DNA of 55,112 nt, filler included, from an uncultured virus (IMG/VR IMGVR_UViG_3300005239_003333) (taxonomy: Duplodnaviria > Heunggongvirae > Uroviricota > Caudoviricetes). It is 5 parts of one record of this genome, joined end to end, with 100 filler letters (N's around TTAATTAATTAA, not from the genome) between each part and the next. Parts side by side here need not be neighbours in the genome. Positions count along the whole stretch, not along the records: positions 5,294 to 22,432 come from IMGVR_UViG_3300005239_003333; 4 more parts are not named here. One strand, 5' to 3'. Below are positions 8,522 to 18,055 of the stretch, piece after piece. Made by a program: the position numbers and the translations under genes. The notes beneath the pieces were generated by a model. That model was not told where the DNA came from, searched no databases, and saw only the letters and a program-made list of their open reading frames with translations. Each line of letters begins with the position of its first letter. The first letter of the stretch is position 1.

Positions 8522-10566
8522 AACTAAACAAATTTAAACCATTCCTATACTGTGCAGTAGCGGCAATCTTATTTTCTGCGCTAAGAATATACGACCCATA
8601 TCCTGTTGAAATTTTAAGACTAAAAGGTCTAGACTATTATCAAAAAACGCAGAATATTAGACAGTCTGAGCTCTTTACAATAGTAGAGCTAGATGAAGCT
8701 AGTCTAGAGAAGCACGGCCAATGGCCATGGCATAGAGGAATACTTTCCCATTATATAGAAAAGGCTTATATGAATGGAGCTGCTCTTGTTGTGGTACCAA
8801 TTTTATTTGCTGAAGAAGACAGGCTAGGGGGAGACAATATATTTGCAGATACATTATACAACTACCCTGTAGTTACAGCTCAATCAGCAGCTATACAAGG
8901 TAAAGGTAAGCTCTTATCTCAAAAAATAACTGCTATAGGTTCAGTTGAGCTAACAGATTGGGTATATGACTACCCAAACGGTATAGGACCGATCGATAGC
9001 GTTGGTCTTAACGCGCGAGGTATAGGTATGACCGTTACCGCCCCGGAGCTCGATGGTGTTGTACGCCGGATGCCTTTGATGATACAAGTTAAGGGTGAGG
9101 TATATCCGACACTACCACTTGAAGTGTTAAGAGTTTTAGTTGGTGATACGTCTTATCAGGTAAAGACAGACCATGCAGGTGTTGAAGTTATTCGAATAAA
9201 GAATGTAGGTACATTTGATACAGATGAAAATGCAAGAGTTTGGATAAACTACGATACAGAGTTTGATAAAATATCAGTCGTCGACGAAGATTGGTCAAAA
9301 GTTCAAGACCGTATAGTAGTTATAGCGTTAACAGCTGAAGGTCTATCTAATTCAGTAGCTACCCCAATTAAAGTCAGTAACGGTCACGAGCTCAATATGC
9401 AGGTTATTGAAACTCTTGCTAATGATAATATATTAAACAGGCCAGTCGAATCAACTCTATATGAAATAGTCTTTACATTAGTGCTGAGCTTAGGGTTAAC
9501 GCTATGTGCCCTTAATTTTCTATGGGTTATTAACGCAATACTAATAAGTGCTGTAACTATTACTTTACCGGTATATGGGTTTTGGTTATTTAGTAAGCAT
9601 AATCTTTTAATAGATTTTACTTTTCCTGTTTATAGTTCCTTTATTATATTTACTATAGCAATATTTCTTAGATTTATACATGAATATAAGGGTAAGATGT
9701 TAATTAAGAAACAATTTGAGCATTATTTAGCTCCTGAAATAGTTAAAAAACTTCAAAAGAACCCTAATATGCTAAAACTTGGAGGAGATACACAAGACTT
9801 AACTATATTATTTTCTGATATAAGAGGGTTTACGACTATAAGTGAGCAGTTTAAAGATAACCCCCAAGGGTTAACCTACCTTATTAACCGATATCTAACT
9901 CCTATGACCCGCATAGTAATGGAGTCTGGTGGTACGATAGACAAATATATTGGAGATGCTTTAATGGCATTTTGGAATGCACCTTTACCTGAAGATCAAT
10001 TATCTCATCGAGTAAGAGCAATTGAAGTTGCAATAAAAATGCAATTAGAATTAACTAACCTTAATATCCAGTTAATTGAAGAAGGTAAGAAACCATTAGC
10101 AATAGGTATTGGTATTAATACAGGTAGAGTTGTTGTAGGTAATATGGGTTCAGATCAAAGATTTGATTATACGTGCTTAGGAGATGGAGTTAATTTAGCT
10201 GCAAGACTTGAAGGGCAAACTAAAGCATATGGTGTGGGTATTTTATTAGGTGAAGAAACGGTTAAACTTATTCGTAGTAAATTTAAATTTATAGAATTAG
10301 ATAAAATTGCTGTTAAGGGTAAGAAAGAAGGTATAACAGTCTACACAGTATTAAATGACAAATTCAATTATATACTACATGATACATTCTTAAAGCATTA
10401 TAAAAATCGCGACTGGGTAAAGGCAGATAATACTCTTAATAAATCAATAAAGGAAAATACAGAGTTAGAATTCTACTATAATATGATGAAAGACCGGGTT
10501 GCTGATCTAAAGAGTAACGATCCTGGGGAAGATTGGGATAAGGTTTATAGAGCTACCAGTAAGTAG
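8518..10566 (+). CDS. CHASE2-domain membrane class III adenylyl cyclase
   Basis: TM-CHASE2 (LDEASL..GQWPW.R, DGVVRR.PL)-3TM-cyclase; catalytic FSDIRGFT, DKYIGDA, DYTCLGDGVNLAARLE including adenine-specifying K/D. Confidence 0.93.
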   Translation: MKLNKFKPFLYCAVAAILFSALRIYDPYPVEILRLKGLDYYQKTQNIRQSELFTIVELDEASLEKHGQWPWHRGILSHYIEKAYMNGAALVVVPILFAEEDRLGGDNIFADTLYNYPVVTAQSAAIQGKGKLLSQKITAIGSVELTDWVYDYPNGIGPIDSVGLNARGIGMTVTAPELDGVVRRMPLMIQVKGEVYPTLPLEVLRVLVGDTSYQVKTDHAGVEVIRIKNVGTFDTDENARVWINYDTEFDKISVVDEDWSKVQDRIVVIALTAEGLSNSVATPIKVSNGHELNMQVIETLANDNILNRPVESTLYEIVFTLVLSLGLTLCALNFLWVINAILISAVTITLPVYGFWLFSKHNLLIDFTFPVYSSFIIFTIAIFLRFIHEYKGKMLIKKQFEHYLAPEIVKKLQKNPNMLKLGGDTQDLTILFSDIRGFTTISEQFKDNPQGLTYLINRYLTPMTRIVMESGGTIDKYIGDALMAFWNAPLPEDQLSHRVRAIEVAIKMQLELTNLNIQLIEEGKKPLAIGIGINTGRVVVGNMGSDQRFDYTCLGDGVNLAARLEGQTKAYGVGILLGEETVKLIRSKFKFIELDKIAVKGKKEGITVYTVLNDKFNYILHDTFLKHYKNRDWVKADNTLNKSIKENTELEFYYNMMKDRVADLKSNDPGEDWDKVYRATSK

Positions 10567-10689
10567 TTACTTCTTTTTTCTATCCCTTAAATCTATATAA
10601 ACGTCCTTAAAAAGAAGGTATAATATACCTACACATATAACTGAACCGAAAATTTGAAACAGACTATTGAATATAAATTCAGCTATCAT
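10567..10689 (-). CDS. small single-TM membrane protein (40 aa)
   Basis: Manual: MIAEFIFNSLFQIFGSVICVGILYLLFKDVYIDLRDRKKK; ATGA overlap with upstream gene. Confidence 0.55.
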   Translation of the reverse strand: MIAEFIFNSLFQIFGSVICVGILYLLFKDVYIDLRDRKKK

Positions 10690-11168
10690 CTCTTACCCCC
10701 TGGTGTAAAGTAAAATCCAACTATCGCGCCCAGAGTGGCGATTGATACAAGAGAAATGTGTCCCGTTGTAATCGACGTGGTAATGTCTGCGCCAGAGGGG
10801 AATTTGATGAGCCCGAAGAGGATTGAGATTGCTTCTTTATTTTCTGGTGGGGTGAATGTGACGAGCTCGACTCCAGGGAAGAGGGTGCATAGAATTGAAA
10901 TGACTGCGAAGTTGCACATCCCGATAAGAGCAATGAGCCTGCGAGTACCACGAGTAAAGGCAGACGTGTCCGTGTTGGCTTCGCCGAAGACAGCTTTTTG
11001 GAATTCGATATCTGCTTTACCGAGCTGCATATCTCTAATAAGCTCTCTTCGCGCCGCCATATCTTTGGCGTCTGAAATACCCGAGAAAACGCCGCCAACG
11101 ATTTTGAGCATAGAGCCCATACCTGTTGCGCCGAGTGTTGTAAGTAGCATTGTAATAAGTCCAAACAT
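10686..11168 (-). CDS. membrane protein, possibly 3TM holin-like
   Basis: Three hydrophobic segments, short basic C-terminus (GFYFTPGGKR), late promoter upstream. Confidence 0.45.
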   Translation of the reverse strand: MFGLITMLLTTLGATGMGSMLKIVGGVFSGISDAKDMAARRELIRDMQLGKADIEFQKAVFGEANTDTSAFTRGTRRLIALIGMCNFAVISILCTLFPGVELVTFTPPENKEAISILFGLIKFPSGADITTSITTGHISLVSIATLGAIVGFYFTPGGKR

Positions 11169-11187
11169 GTCATTTTATTTTTTTATA

Positions 11188-11201
11188 TATAAATATTTAT
11201 A
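11188..11201. promoter_or_regulatory. palindromic bidirectional T4-type late promoter
   Basis: TATAAATATTTATA gives TATAAATA on both strands between divergent genes. Confidence 0.65.
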
Positions 11202-11206
11202 CCTAC

Positions 11207-11635
11207 ATGTCTATATTACGGAAACTTTTCAAACAACGCCCATCTACAGATTCTGATATATCTGCAAAAACGATAGCTATGTATCAGAATAAAATCTTAC
11301 TCCTTCAAAATCCAGACCGGTCAATGGAGCTGCCCGGTGGTCATATTAAAATAGGGGAACCATTGATGGTAGGCGCTGCTAGAGAATTTTATGAGGAAAC
11401 CGGATTAACGGTTAATTTAGTAAGAACAATTAAACAGCAGCCTAAGCGGGTCATATACTACGGTAAGTTGATTTCGCGAAATGTTAAAATTAGCGATGAA
11501 CATATTGGCTTTAAGTTTGTTAGTATAAATAATCTATATAAAACTAAGCTAAGTAAGAAAGCTTATAAAGACTTACTATTTTTAAAGACACCAAAAAAAC
11601 GAAAAGAAGATGATGACATTCAAGACATTTCATGA
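11207..11635 (+). CDS. NUDIX hydrolase
   Basis: Nudix box LPGGHIKIGEPLMVGAAREFYEETGL. Confidence 0.9.
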   Translation: MSILRKLFKQRPSTDSDISAKTIAMYQNKILLLQNPDRSMELPGGHIKIGEPLMVGAAREFYEETGLTVNLVRTIKQQPKRVIYYGKLISRNVKISDEHIGFKFVSINNLYKTKLSKKAYKDLLFLKTPKKRKEDDDIQDIS

Positions 11636-11807
11636 AAATTATGCTGATGGTAAAATAAAGGGTAAGAGTAAACCAGGTAGAGTTAAAAAATCTGGAGCTA
11701 GCTGTAAAGGGTCTGTTACTGAATTACGTAAAAAGGCAAAAAAATATGGCGGTGAAAAGGGCAAGATGTATCATTGGTGTGCAAATATGAAAGGTAGTAA
11801 AAAATGA
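11610..11807 (+). CDS. small basic protein, possible internal head protein
   Basis: N-terminus MTFKTFHE resembles the T4 capsid-targeting sequence; Lys-rich. Confidence 0.55.
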   Translation: MMTFKTFHENYADGKIKGKSKPGRVKKSGASCKGSVTELRKKAKKYGGEKGKMYHWCANMKGSKK

Positions 11808-12427
11808 ATTATGATGAATTAGCAGATGTTATTTTAGAAAGCGTCGAAGGTATTAAAGCTATAAAGCTACCTTACGCTTTGGATGCTCTAGAGCCTAGTA
11901 TAGATGCTGAGACGATGAATTTACATTTTAACAAACACTATAAAGGTTATGTTAAAAAATTAAATGCAGCATTACCAGCTACTAATAAGCAAGATTTATT
12001 GTCAATAGTTAAAAGGGCAAAATCTAAAAAAGATGCAATTCGTAATAATGCAGGAGGTGCCTATAATCACCAGTTATTCTGGAGTATGATGTCACCTGAT
12101 AGAAAGGCAATATCTGGTGATATAAAAGACTTAATTGAAAAACAATATAAGAGCGTTGAAGGCTTCAAAGCTAAATTTGTTGAAGAAGCTTTAGCTCATT
12201 TCGGTTCAGGTTGGTTATGGTTAGTTAAGAAGGGTAATAAACTTGAAATGATACCTACCAGCAACCAAGATAACCCTTTAATGGATTCAGACGTAACTAT
12301 ACTACTTGGTATAGATGTTTGGGAGCATGCTTATTATAAAAAGTATGGGCCTAATAGAGAAAAGTATATTAAGCAATTTTTGAAGATAGTTAACTGGGAT
12401 TATTGTAATCTTCAATTAACGCAATAA
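11804..12427 (+). CDS. sodA: superoxide dismutase (Fe/Mn family, Mn-type signature)
   Basis: LPY..DALEP, H..KH, NNAGGAYNH, FGSGW, NQD, DVWEHAYY. Confidence 0.93.
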   Translation: MNYDELADVILESVEGIKAIKLPYALDALEPSIDAETMNLHFNKHYKGYVKKLNAALPATNKQDLLSIVKRAKSKKDAIRNNAGGAYNHQLFWSMMSPDRKAISGDIKDLIEKQYKSVEGFKAKFVEEALAHFGSGWLWLVKKGNKLEMIPTSNQDNPLMDSDVTILLGIDVWEHAYYKKYGPNREKYIKQFLKIVNWDYCNLQLTQ

Positions 12428-13079
12428 CTTCATTCTTCATATAATTCAATCTTATGGGATACCACGTATCGTTAACTTTATTCTTATAGAATACAACCAA
12501 CCCGCTGCACTTTTTGCCGCTCATATTCTCATAAAGCATTGCATATATAGATAACTGTAACGCATATGTATTAAATTCACAGACACCTAAATGATCTAGA
12601 GGGGCTTTGAAAAACTCATTATAATCACTGACGAATCTAAAGGCTTTATTAGTCTTAAAGTCCCCTATATAAAAATGAGTTTTATTCTCATATAAAAGGT
12701 CAGCGGTACCCGCTACATTAATATCAACGTTATTAAGCTGTTCTTCGCACTTAAGCTTCGGAAATTTTTCAAATATATGCTCCCACTTTCTATATGAATC
12801 GTATAGAGATTGAAACTGCTCATCAACCTTACCTTCGGCTAAGAAGTCTTCCATAACTTTGTGAATATCTGTACCGTAATCACAAGCGCGGTTCTTCTCT
12901 CTTTCCCATTCTTCAAGAATAAAATCAACCGATACACCTTCTCGTTTAGCTACACGAGTAGCATTACCCATTTTATCAAATACCGGCTTATACTTACCTA
13001 TTAAGGTAGTTACAGAAATAAGCTCTTTACCAGTTTCTGTATTAATGTACTTATGTTTTTTCTCGTCGAAACTAATCAT
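12390..13079 (-). CDS. PD-(D/E)XK Cas4/RecB-like exonuclease
   Basis: SVTTLI, GT.IH, E, GTADL, DFKT, Y.LQLSIYA motifs. Confidence 0.85.
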   Translation of the reverse strand: MISFDEKKHKYINTETGKELISVTTLIGKYKPVFDKMGNATRVAKREGVSVDFILEEWEREKNRACDYGTDIHKVMEDFLAEGKVDEQFQSLYDSYRKWEHIFEKFPKLKCEEQLNNVDINVAGTADLLYENKTHFYIGDFKTNKAFRFVSDYNEFFKAPLDHLGVCEFNTYALQLSIYAMLYENMSGKKCSGLVVFYKNKVNDTWYPIRLNYMKNEVIALIEDYNNPS

Positions 13080-13087
13080 ATGTCTTT

Positions 13088-13131
13088 ATTATAGTATATA
13101 CCCTTGAAAATTCAAGTCTTTAGTATAAAAT
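13088..13131. promoter_or_regulatory. back-to-back sigma70-type promoters
   Basis: Minus TTGAAT-16-TATAAT and plus TTGAAA-16-TAAAAT; -35 boxes abut in CTTGAAAATTCAAG. Confidence 0.55.
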
Positions 13132-13138
13132 AATATAT

Positions 13139-13963
13139 ATGAGAATTGCAATAAGCGGATCAGGTAACCAAGGTAAATCGACTCTAATAAAAGACTTTTT
13201 AGCAGAGTGGTCTCAGTTTGAGACTGAGAGTCAGACATATAGAGACAAAATTACATCTGAAGATCTTCCCCATAGTATGGAGACCACTAAAGATACACAA
13301 TGGAAAATTCTTAATCATATGATCGACGAGATGCAAACGTTTAAGACAGATGATAATATTATTATGGATAGATGCCCGATTGATAATTTAGTTTATTCGC
13401 TATGGGCCTTTGAAAAGGGCATAGGAGATATCGATAAGGAGTTTATTGATAAGTGTATACCTCTTGTCTGTGAAAGTATGAGACATCTAGATATTATATT
13501 CTTTTTACCGATTACAAAAGCAGCTCCAGTCAAAATCGTCGATGATAAAATGAGAGAGACAGATCCTATGTATATTAAGGAGATTGATAATATTTTTAAA
13601 ATGATTGGCGCGCAGCACCATGAAAATAACGGCAAGAATCCTTTTTTCCCAAAAGATGATGCTCCTGGTTGGATTGAGATTTTTGGCCAACCTCAAGTAC
13701 GTATTGCTATGATTAAACAGTATCTAGATGTAGATGGTGATCTAATCGGTGGGACGGAAGAAAGTATGAACGAGCTTGTAAATCCACATGATGGTCAATT
13801 CCTTAATAAGGATACTCAAACTATGCAAGACCTCATCGATGAGCAAAGACAGACAATGGATTTCGAAAAAGAGCTAGCGCATCAAAAAGATCAGATTAAG
13901 CAAATGCTTGGCGATAAGGATATCGATCAGTTAACAGAAGAGTATAATAAAACTAAACGGTAA
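13139..13963 (+). CDS. P-loop ATPase / nucleotide kinase-like (AAA_28/NadR-type)
   Basis: GSGNQGKST Walker A; DRCPID; D..RE lid motif. Confidence 0.75.
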   Translation: MRIAISGSGNQGKSTLIKDFLAEWSQFETESQTYRDKITSEDLPHSMETTKDTQWKILNHMIDEMQTFKTDDNIIMDRCPIDNLVYSLWAFEKGIGDIDKEFIDKCIPLVCESMRHLDIIFFLPITKAAPVKIVDDKMRETDPMYIKEIDNIFKMIGAQHHENNGKNPFFPKDDAPGWIEIFGQPQVRIAMIKQYLDVDGDLIGGTEESMNELVNPHDGQFLNKDTQTMQDLIDEQRQTMDFEKELAHQKDQIKQMLGDKDIDQLTEEYNKTKR

Positions 13964-13964
13964 A

Positions 13965-14831
13965 TTATACAAATATTTCTTCAATTAATAAGTTCGATAT
14001 ACCGGTCGCGTCATTAGTCCCAGTTGCAGTGGCTCCACCACCGCTATTTTGATAGAAGTCATTACCGGATTCGAACCTTATTACTACTCTTATAAAGATA
14101 TTATTACCCGTTCCAAGGGAGGCTGGCGTGAAAATACCGCTGAAAGCTGAGGTTGCACCCTCATGATTGGTATCGGTACCGAGTATAGAGGTGCCGACTA
14201 CAGCACTACCATTAGTTTCGCCGAGAAAATCAACAACATCAATATAGTTACTATTATTAGGCGATTCTTGTACGACTAAAGCTACAGAATGGTTATCGAT
14301 AGCTGTACCAGGTACAGAAAAACTAACTTTTAATTTAGAATTTGAAGATTTTAAATTTACATTTGTAACTAGGTCCAACCCAACATCAGTAGCTCCATTA
14401 CCAGACCGTCTAGTTACCGGCTTATATATTACCTGGCTAATTGCTGGGTATCCTTTAAATTCATTACCATTAGCACTTAATGATCCTGCTGATAATGTTG
14501 TAAAAACAGCAGCACCATTGGAATCAATATTAAGATTACCTACAGAGCTTTCGAGAGCATCAACTTTTGTCGTCACTGCAGCTATATTACTATTACTAGT
14601 TGTAATACTACTAGCATTAGCTGTACTACGTGTAGTATTAGCTGCAACTGCTGCATCATTAGTGCTAAGCCCTGATAAAACACTAGCAAATGTTGTATTT
14701 TCAAGCCCTATTACAAAATCTTTAAAGTCTAATTTATTAGTCGCGTTTTCCGTCTGGACGATAACAAAATTACCAGATTCGATGCTCGTAATAGTGGGTA
14801 ATTGATCAATACTTTTTTCTGTGCTAGCCAT
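13965..14831 (-). CDS. virion fibre/structural protein
   Basis: IDQLP.ITSI.....VIVQ head motif, S/T/N-rich coiled segment, beta-rich C-terminal domain; TAAATA upstream. Confidence 0.55.
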   Translation of the reverse strand: MASTEKSIDQLPTITSIESGNFVIVQTENATNKLDFKDFVIGLENTTFASVLSGLSTNDAAVAANTTRSTANASSITTSNSNIAAVTTKVDALESSVGNLNIDSNGAAVFTTLSAGSLSANGNEFKGYPAISQVIYKPVTRRSGNGATDVGLDLVTNVNLKSSNSKLKVSFSVPGTAIDNHSVALVVQESPNNSNYIDVVDFLGETNGSAVVGTSILGTDTNHEGATSAFSGIFTPASLGTGNNIFIRVVIRFESGNDFYQNSGGGATATGTNDATGISNLLIEEIFV

Positions 14832-14859
14832 ATTAATTATTTATTATAAAATATATATA

Positions 14860-15693
14860 ATGTCAAAGATAGGAATAGGTATTGTTACATGTAATAGAAA
14901 TGATTTTTTAGATACATGTATTAATGGTATAGATTTGTCGGAAATAGATGAAAAGGTGATAGTTAATGATGGTAATATAGATATCCGTCATAGTCAATTT
15001 CATGTTATTAATAATGATAAAAATATAGGTGTAGGTAAATCGAAAAATAAAATCTTAAAATATCTCTATAAGAAAAATTGTGATTATATATTCATAATTG
15101 AAGATGATACTATTATTAAAGATAATAATGTTTTTAATCAATATATAGAAGCATCAAAAGTAACAGGTATTCAACACTTTAATTACGGGCCAGGTACCCC
15201 TTTTAATAGGAAGCAAAAACAAGAGTTCGATGTACATAACAGACATGAGCTCGATCAAGAATCTGAGCCTAATCCGCGAAAGATTATAGATTACGGTAGT
15301 CTAAAGATATCTCTATATGAACATGTCGCTGGTATGTTTTCTTTCTTTACAAAAAAGGTTATACAAGATGTTGGTTATATAGATGAAGATTTTTATAACG
15401 CGTGGGAGCATGTAGATCATACATATAGAATAATTAAAAAGCATTACCATCCACCTTTTTGGTATTTTGCAGATATTCATAATAGTCATAAATTTTTATC
15501 TGAACATAAGGATGCTATAGAAAAATCAGCTATTAGTAAAAATAGCCAAACATTTATAGATAACGTAAAAGAGGGTGCTAAGATATATTTTGAAAAACAT
15601 GGGCATGCCCCTAATAATCCTCCATATGTATTGGAGTCTGATGTAATTGAAGAGCTAAAAAAGATTAAACATGAAAATAGCATTAGCAGTTAA
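14860..15693 (+). CDS. glycosyltransferase family 2
   Basis: IGIVTCNR, VNDG, N.GVGKSKN, IEDD, GYIDEDF..AWEHVD. Confidence 0.85.
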   Translation: MSKIGIGIVTCNRNDFLDTCINGIDLSEIDEKVIVNDGNIDIRHSQFHVINNDKNIGVGKSKNKILKYLYKKNCDYIFIIEDDTIIKDNNVFNQYIEASKVTGIQHFNYGPGTPFNRKQKQEFDVHNRHELDQESEPNPRKIIDYGSLKISLYEHVAGMFSFFTKKVIQDVGYIDEDFYNAWEHVDHTYRIIKKHYHPPFWYFADIHNSHKFLSEHKDAIEKSAISKNSQTFIDNVKEGAKIYFEKHGHAPNNPPYVLESDVIEELKKIKHENSISS

Positions 15694-16513
15694 TACCTTT
15701 AACACTGATTTAAATCGTTTTAAACTAGCAAATCAATCATATGAAAAGTTAAATTCTTATGATAATGTCGATGTTTTTGATATACAAAAACCAGGTATAA
15801 AAGGTAAGTTTAAAACTATTGATAGAATAGAAAGATATTCCAATGATATTATTGAAGGTTCAACAAAAGAATTACCTTTCGTCAATGACCTGTTTAATAT
15901 AACTGCAGATATAGATTATGATTATTTTATTGTAACTAACGCAGATGTTATGATTAGTCCACGATTAATAAATTATATATTAGAAAAAGATATTACAGCA
16001 ATGTCTTGTTCAAGACTTGATATACAGCCTACAGCAAATATTAAAGATGATATGAAACCTGTAAGATGGGAAGTAGCAGGTCACGACACATTTTGTTTTA
16101 AAACAGATTGGTATAAAAAGCATAGTGTGTTATTTGAAGATTTTTTATTAGGTAAGCCAGCTTATGATCAGCACTATGCAGCGCTAATGAAAATTTTTGG
16201 TAATAATGATAGCTTCGGTAATAAAAACCCTGCATTTTGCTTGCATGAGCATCACGGTATAGCAGCTGTAACTACTAAAGATAAAGAGCAGGAATTTAAT
16301 TTCAAGCAATACGATAATTCAGAATTAGCCCAGACATATAAACATGTTTGGGATGATTATTTAAAAGAAGTCTTACTCAAGCGAACACCGTGGATGAGTT
16401 TTTTAAAAGAAGTAAATAATGAAAAAGAAATTGAAGAAGAATGGTTTGATAAAAAAATATCTAAACTAGCGGGTGTGATTAATAGTCATAAAAAGCAGTA
16501 TAATCTTATATAA
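15671..16513 (+). CDS. putative GT-A fold glycosyltransferase
   Basis: LPFVND, TNADV DxD-like motif, GHDTF, H.HH; in glycosylation cluster. Confidence 0.55.
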   Translation: MKIALAVNTFNTDLNRFKLANQSYEKLNSYDNVDVFDIQKPGIKGKFKTIDRIERYSNDIIEGSTKELPFVNDLFNITADIDYDYFIVTNADVMISPRLINYILEKDITAMSCSRLDIQPTANIKDDMKPVRWEVAGHDTFCFKTDWYKKHSVLFEDFLLGKPAYDQHYAALMKIFGNNDSFGNKNPAFCLHEHHGIAAVTTKDKEQEFNFKQYDNSELAQTYKHVWDDYLKEVLLKRTPWMSFLKEVNNEKEIEEEWFDKKISKLAGVINSHKKQYNLI

Positions 16514-17376
16514 TGAAAGAAAATTTAATTAAATCTAATCAAAAAATTATTGAATTAATAAATTCTAATCAACCTTTTACAGTTGTTCGACTAGGTATAG
16601 GGCCGGAGACAGCTATGTCATACGAGTTTTATAAGACTCATAAACTAAACTCAAACCATTTACATCCAGAGACCCGTACATTATACAATGCAGGTATATA
16701 TACGAGAGACGGAAATTTAGATAAAATGGCGCTGTTTTGCGGTCATTATTTACGAGCGATCAAATATAGTGACGCAATTGCATCCTTTTCGAAATTTATT
16801 GATAATGAAGAGAAATTCTTTAGTGAAGAATTTAATATACCTCAAATTAACTCTCGCTCTGTAGAGCCTTTTTACGCAGTTTTAGAAAATGAAATTCCAT
16901 GGACACATGCATTGAGTGGTAAGAAGGTTCTGGTAATACACCCCTTTATAGAATCATTTAAAAAACAACAGCAAAGTAATTTTCAATTATTTTCTGACTC
17001 TAGACTTTTTTTAGAAGATCAAGAGTTTGAATTTTACAAAACATTTCAAACTATAGCAGGTAATCATATACATAATGATTGGTTTGAAACATATAATATA
17101 ATGTGTAACGAAATTAATAAAATTGATTTTGATATAGCTTTACTCGGCTGCGGAGGGTATGGCTTACCTTTATGTAATTTTATAAAAGAAAAGCTGAATA
17201 AATCCGCGGTATATATTGGCGGTGGATTGCAATTGTTATTTGGTGTAACTGGTAGCCGATGGAATAATAACTTCTGGAAAGAATTGACTGATAAACATAA
17301 TATTAAATTTATTAGACCATCCGGAAATGAGATTTGCAGTAATTTACAAACCATAGAAAATGGATGTTACTGGTAG
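16513..17376 (+). CDS. GT-D fold (DUF1792-like) putative glycosyltransferase
   Basis: PWTHALSGKKVLVIHPF, DFDIALLGCGGYGLPL, IGGGLQLLFG..G.RW. Confidence 0.65.
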   Translation: MKENLIKSNQKIIELINSNQPFTVVRLGIGPETAMSYEFYKTHKLNSNHLHPETRTLYNAGIYTRDGNLDKMALFCGHYLRAIKYSDAIASFSKFIDNEEKFFSEEFNIPQINSRSVEPFYAVLENEIPWTHALSGKKVLVIHPFIESFKKQQQSNFQLFSDSRLFLEDQEFEFYKTFQTIAGNHIHNDWFETYNIMCNEINKIDFDIALLGCGGYGLPLCNFIKEKLNKSAVYIGGGLQLLFGVTGSRWNNNFWKELTDKHNIKFIRPSGNEICSNLQTIENGCYW

Positions 17377-17387
17377 AAAATTTAAAA

Positions 17388-18055
17388 ATGAAAATTAAAG
17401 CATATACTCTCTTTACCCCGTCACATGAAAGATTTTTAAAAGAATATCTTTTAGAATCTTTTGTATATAACCCTAAAATTGAATTAACTATAATTAATAA
17501 GCCGCAACTATGTGATAGTGCAGAATTTGCTTCCGACGGGTGGAATGCTACTATGAGATATAAAGCAGACTGTTTTTATGAAAATCTTAAACGATGTAAT
17601 GAAGATGAGATTTTTATGTTTATTGATCCAGATATTGTAATTTATAAAGATTTTACGGACGATATAATTGAACGAATGAAAGATAAAGATGCGGTATTTC
17701 AAAACGACGGGCCTGGCGGCGTTAATACAGGTTTCTTTGCTGTTAAAATAATAAAAAAACAAGAGCTTTTTTTAATACCGTGCTTGGAAATTTAGAAAAA
17801 TTTGAAGAAGAACAACAGACTACAAATTACCTACTAAGAAATTTAAATAAATTTCCAAGTATACAAATAAAATGGGAGTTCTTACCGAAGGAATATTGGA
17901 CATACGGTGAAATAGCCGGGGGTAGAGGTCATTGGGTTAGTACAGATGAGAGCTTTGAAATACCTAAAGATATTTTTATACATCATGGTAATTGGACCAA
18001 GACAAAGGATGATAAGTATAAAATTTTAGATATTGTTAAGAAAAGAGTGAAATGA
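17388..18055 (+). CDS. nucleotide-diphospho-sugar transferase (GT77-like), split by a probable sequencing frameshift near 17745
   Basis: FIDPDIV, NTGFF; adding one A in the poly-A run gives VKNNKKTRAFFNTVLGNLEKFEEEQ, continuing to HHGNWT. Confidence 0.7.

Noticed and set aside
8518..10566. Cyclase as a Pycsar/CBASS-type defence cyclase
   Set aside because: CHASE2 receptor architecture with adenine-specifying K/D and no adjacent cNMP-binding effector
12390..13079. Cas4-like nuclease as sign of a CRISPR system
   Set aside because: No repeat-spacer array or other cas genes seen; stand-alone PD-(D/E)XK exonucleases are common in phages
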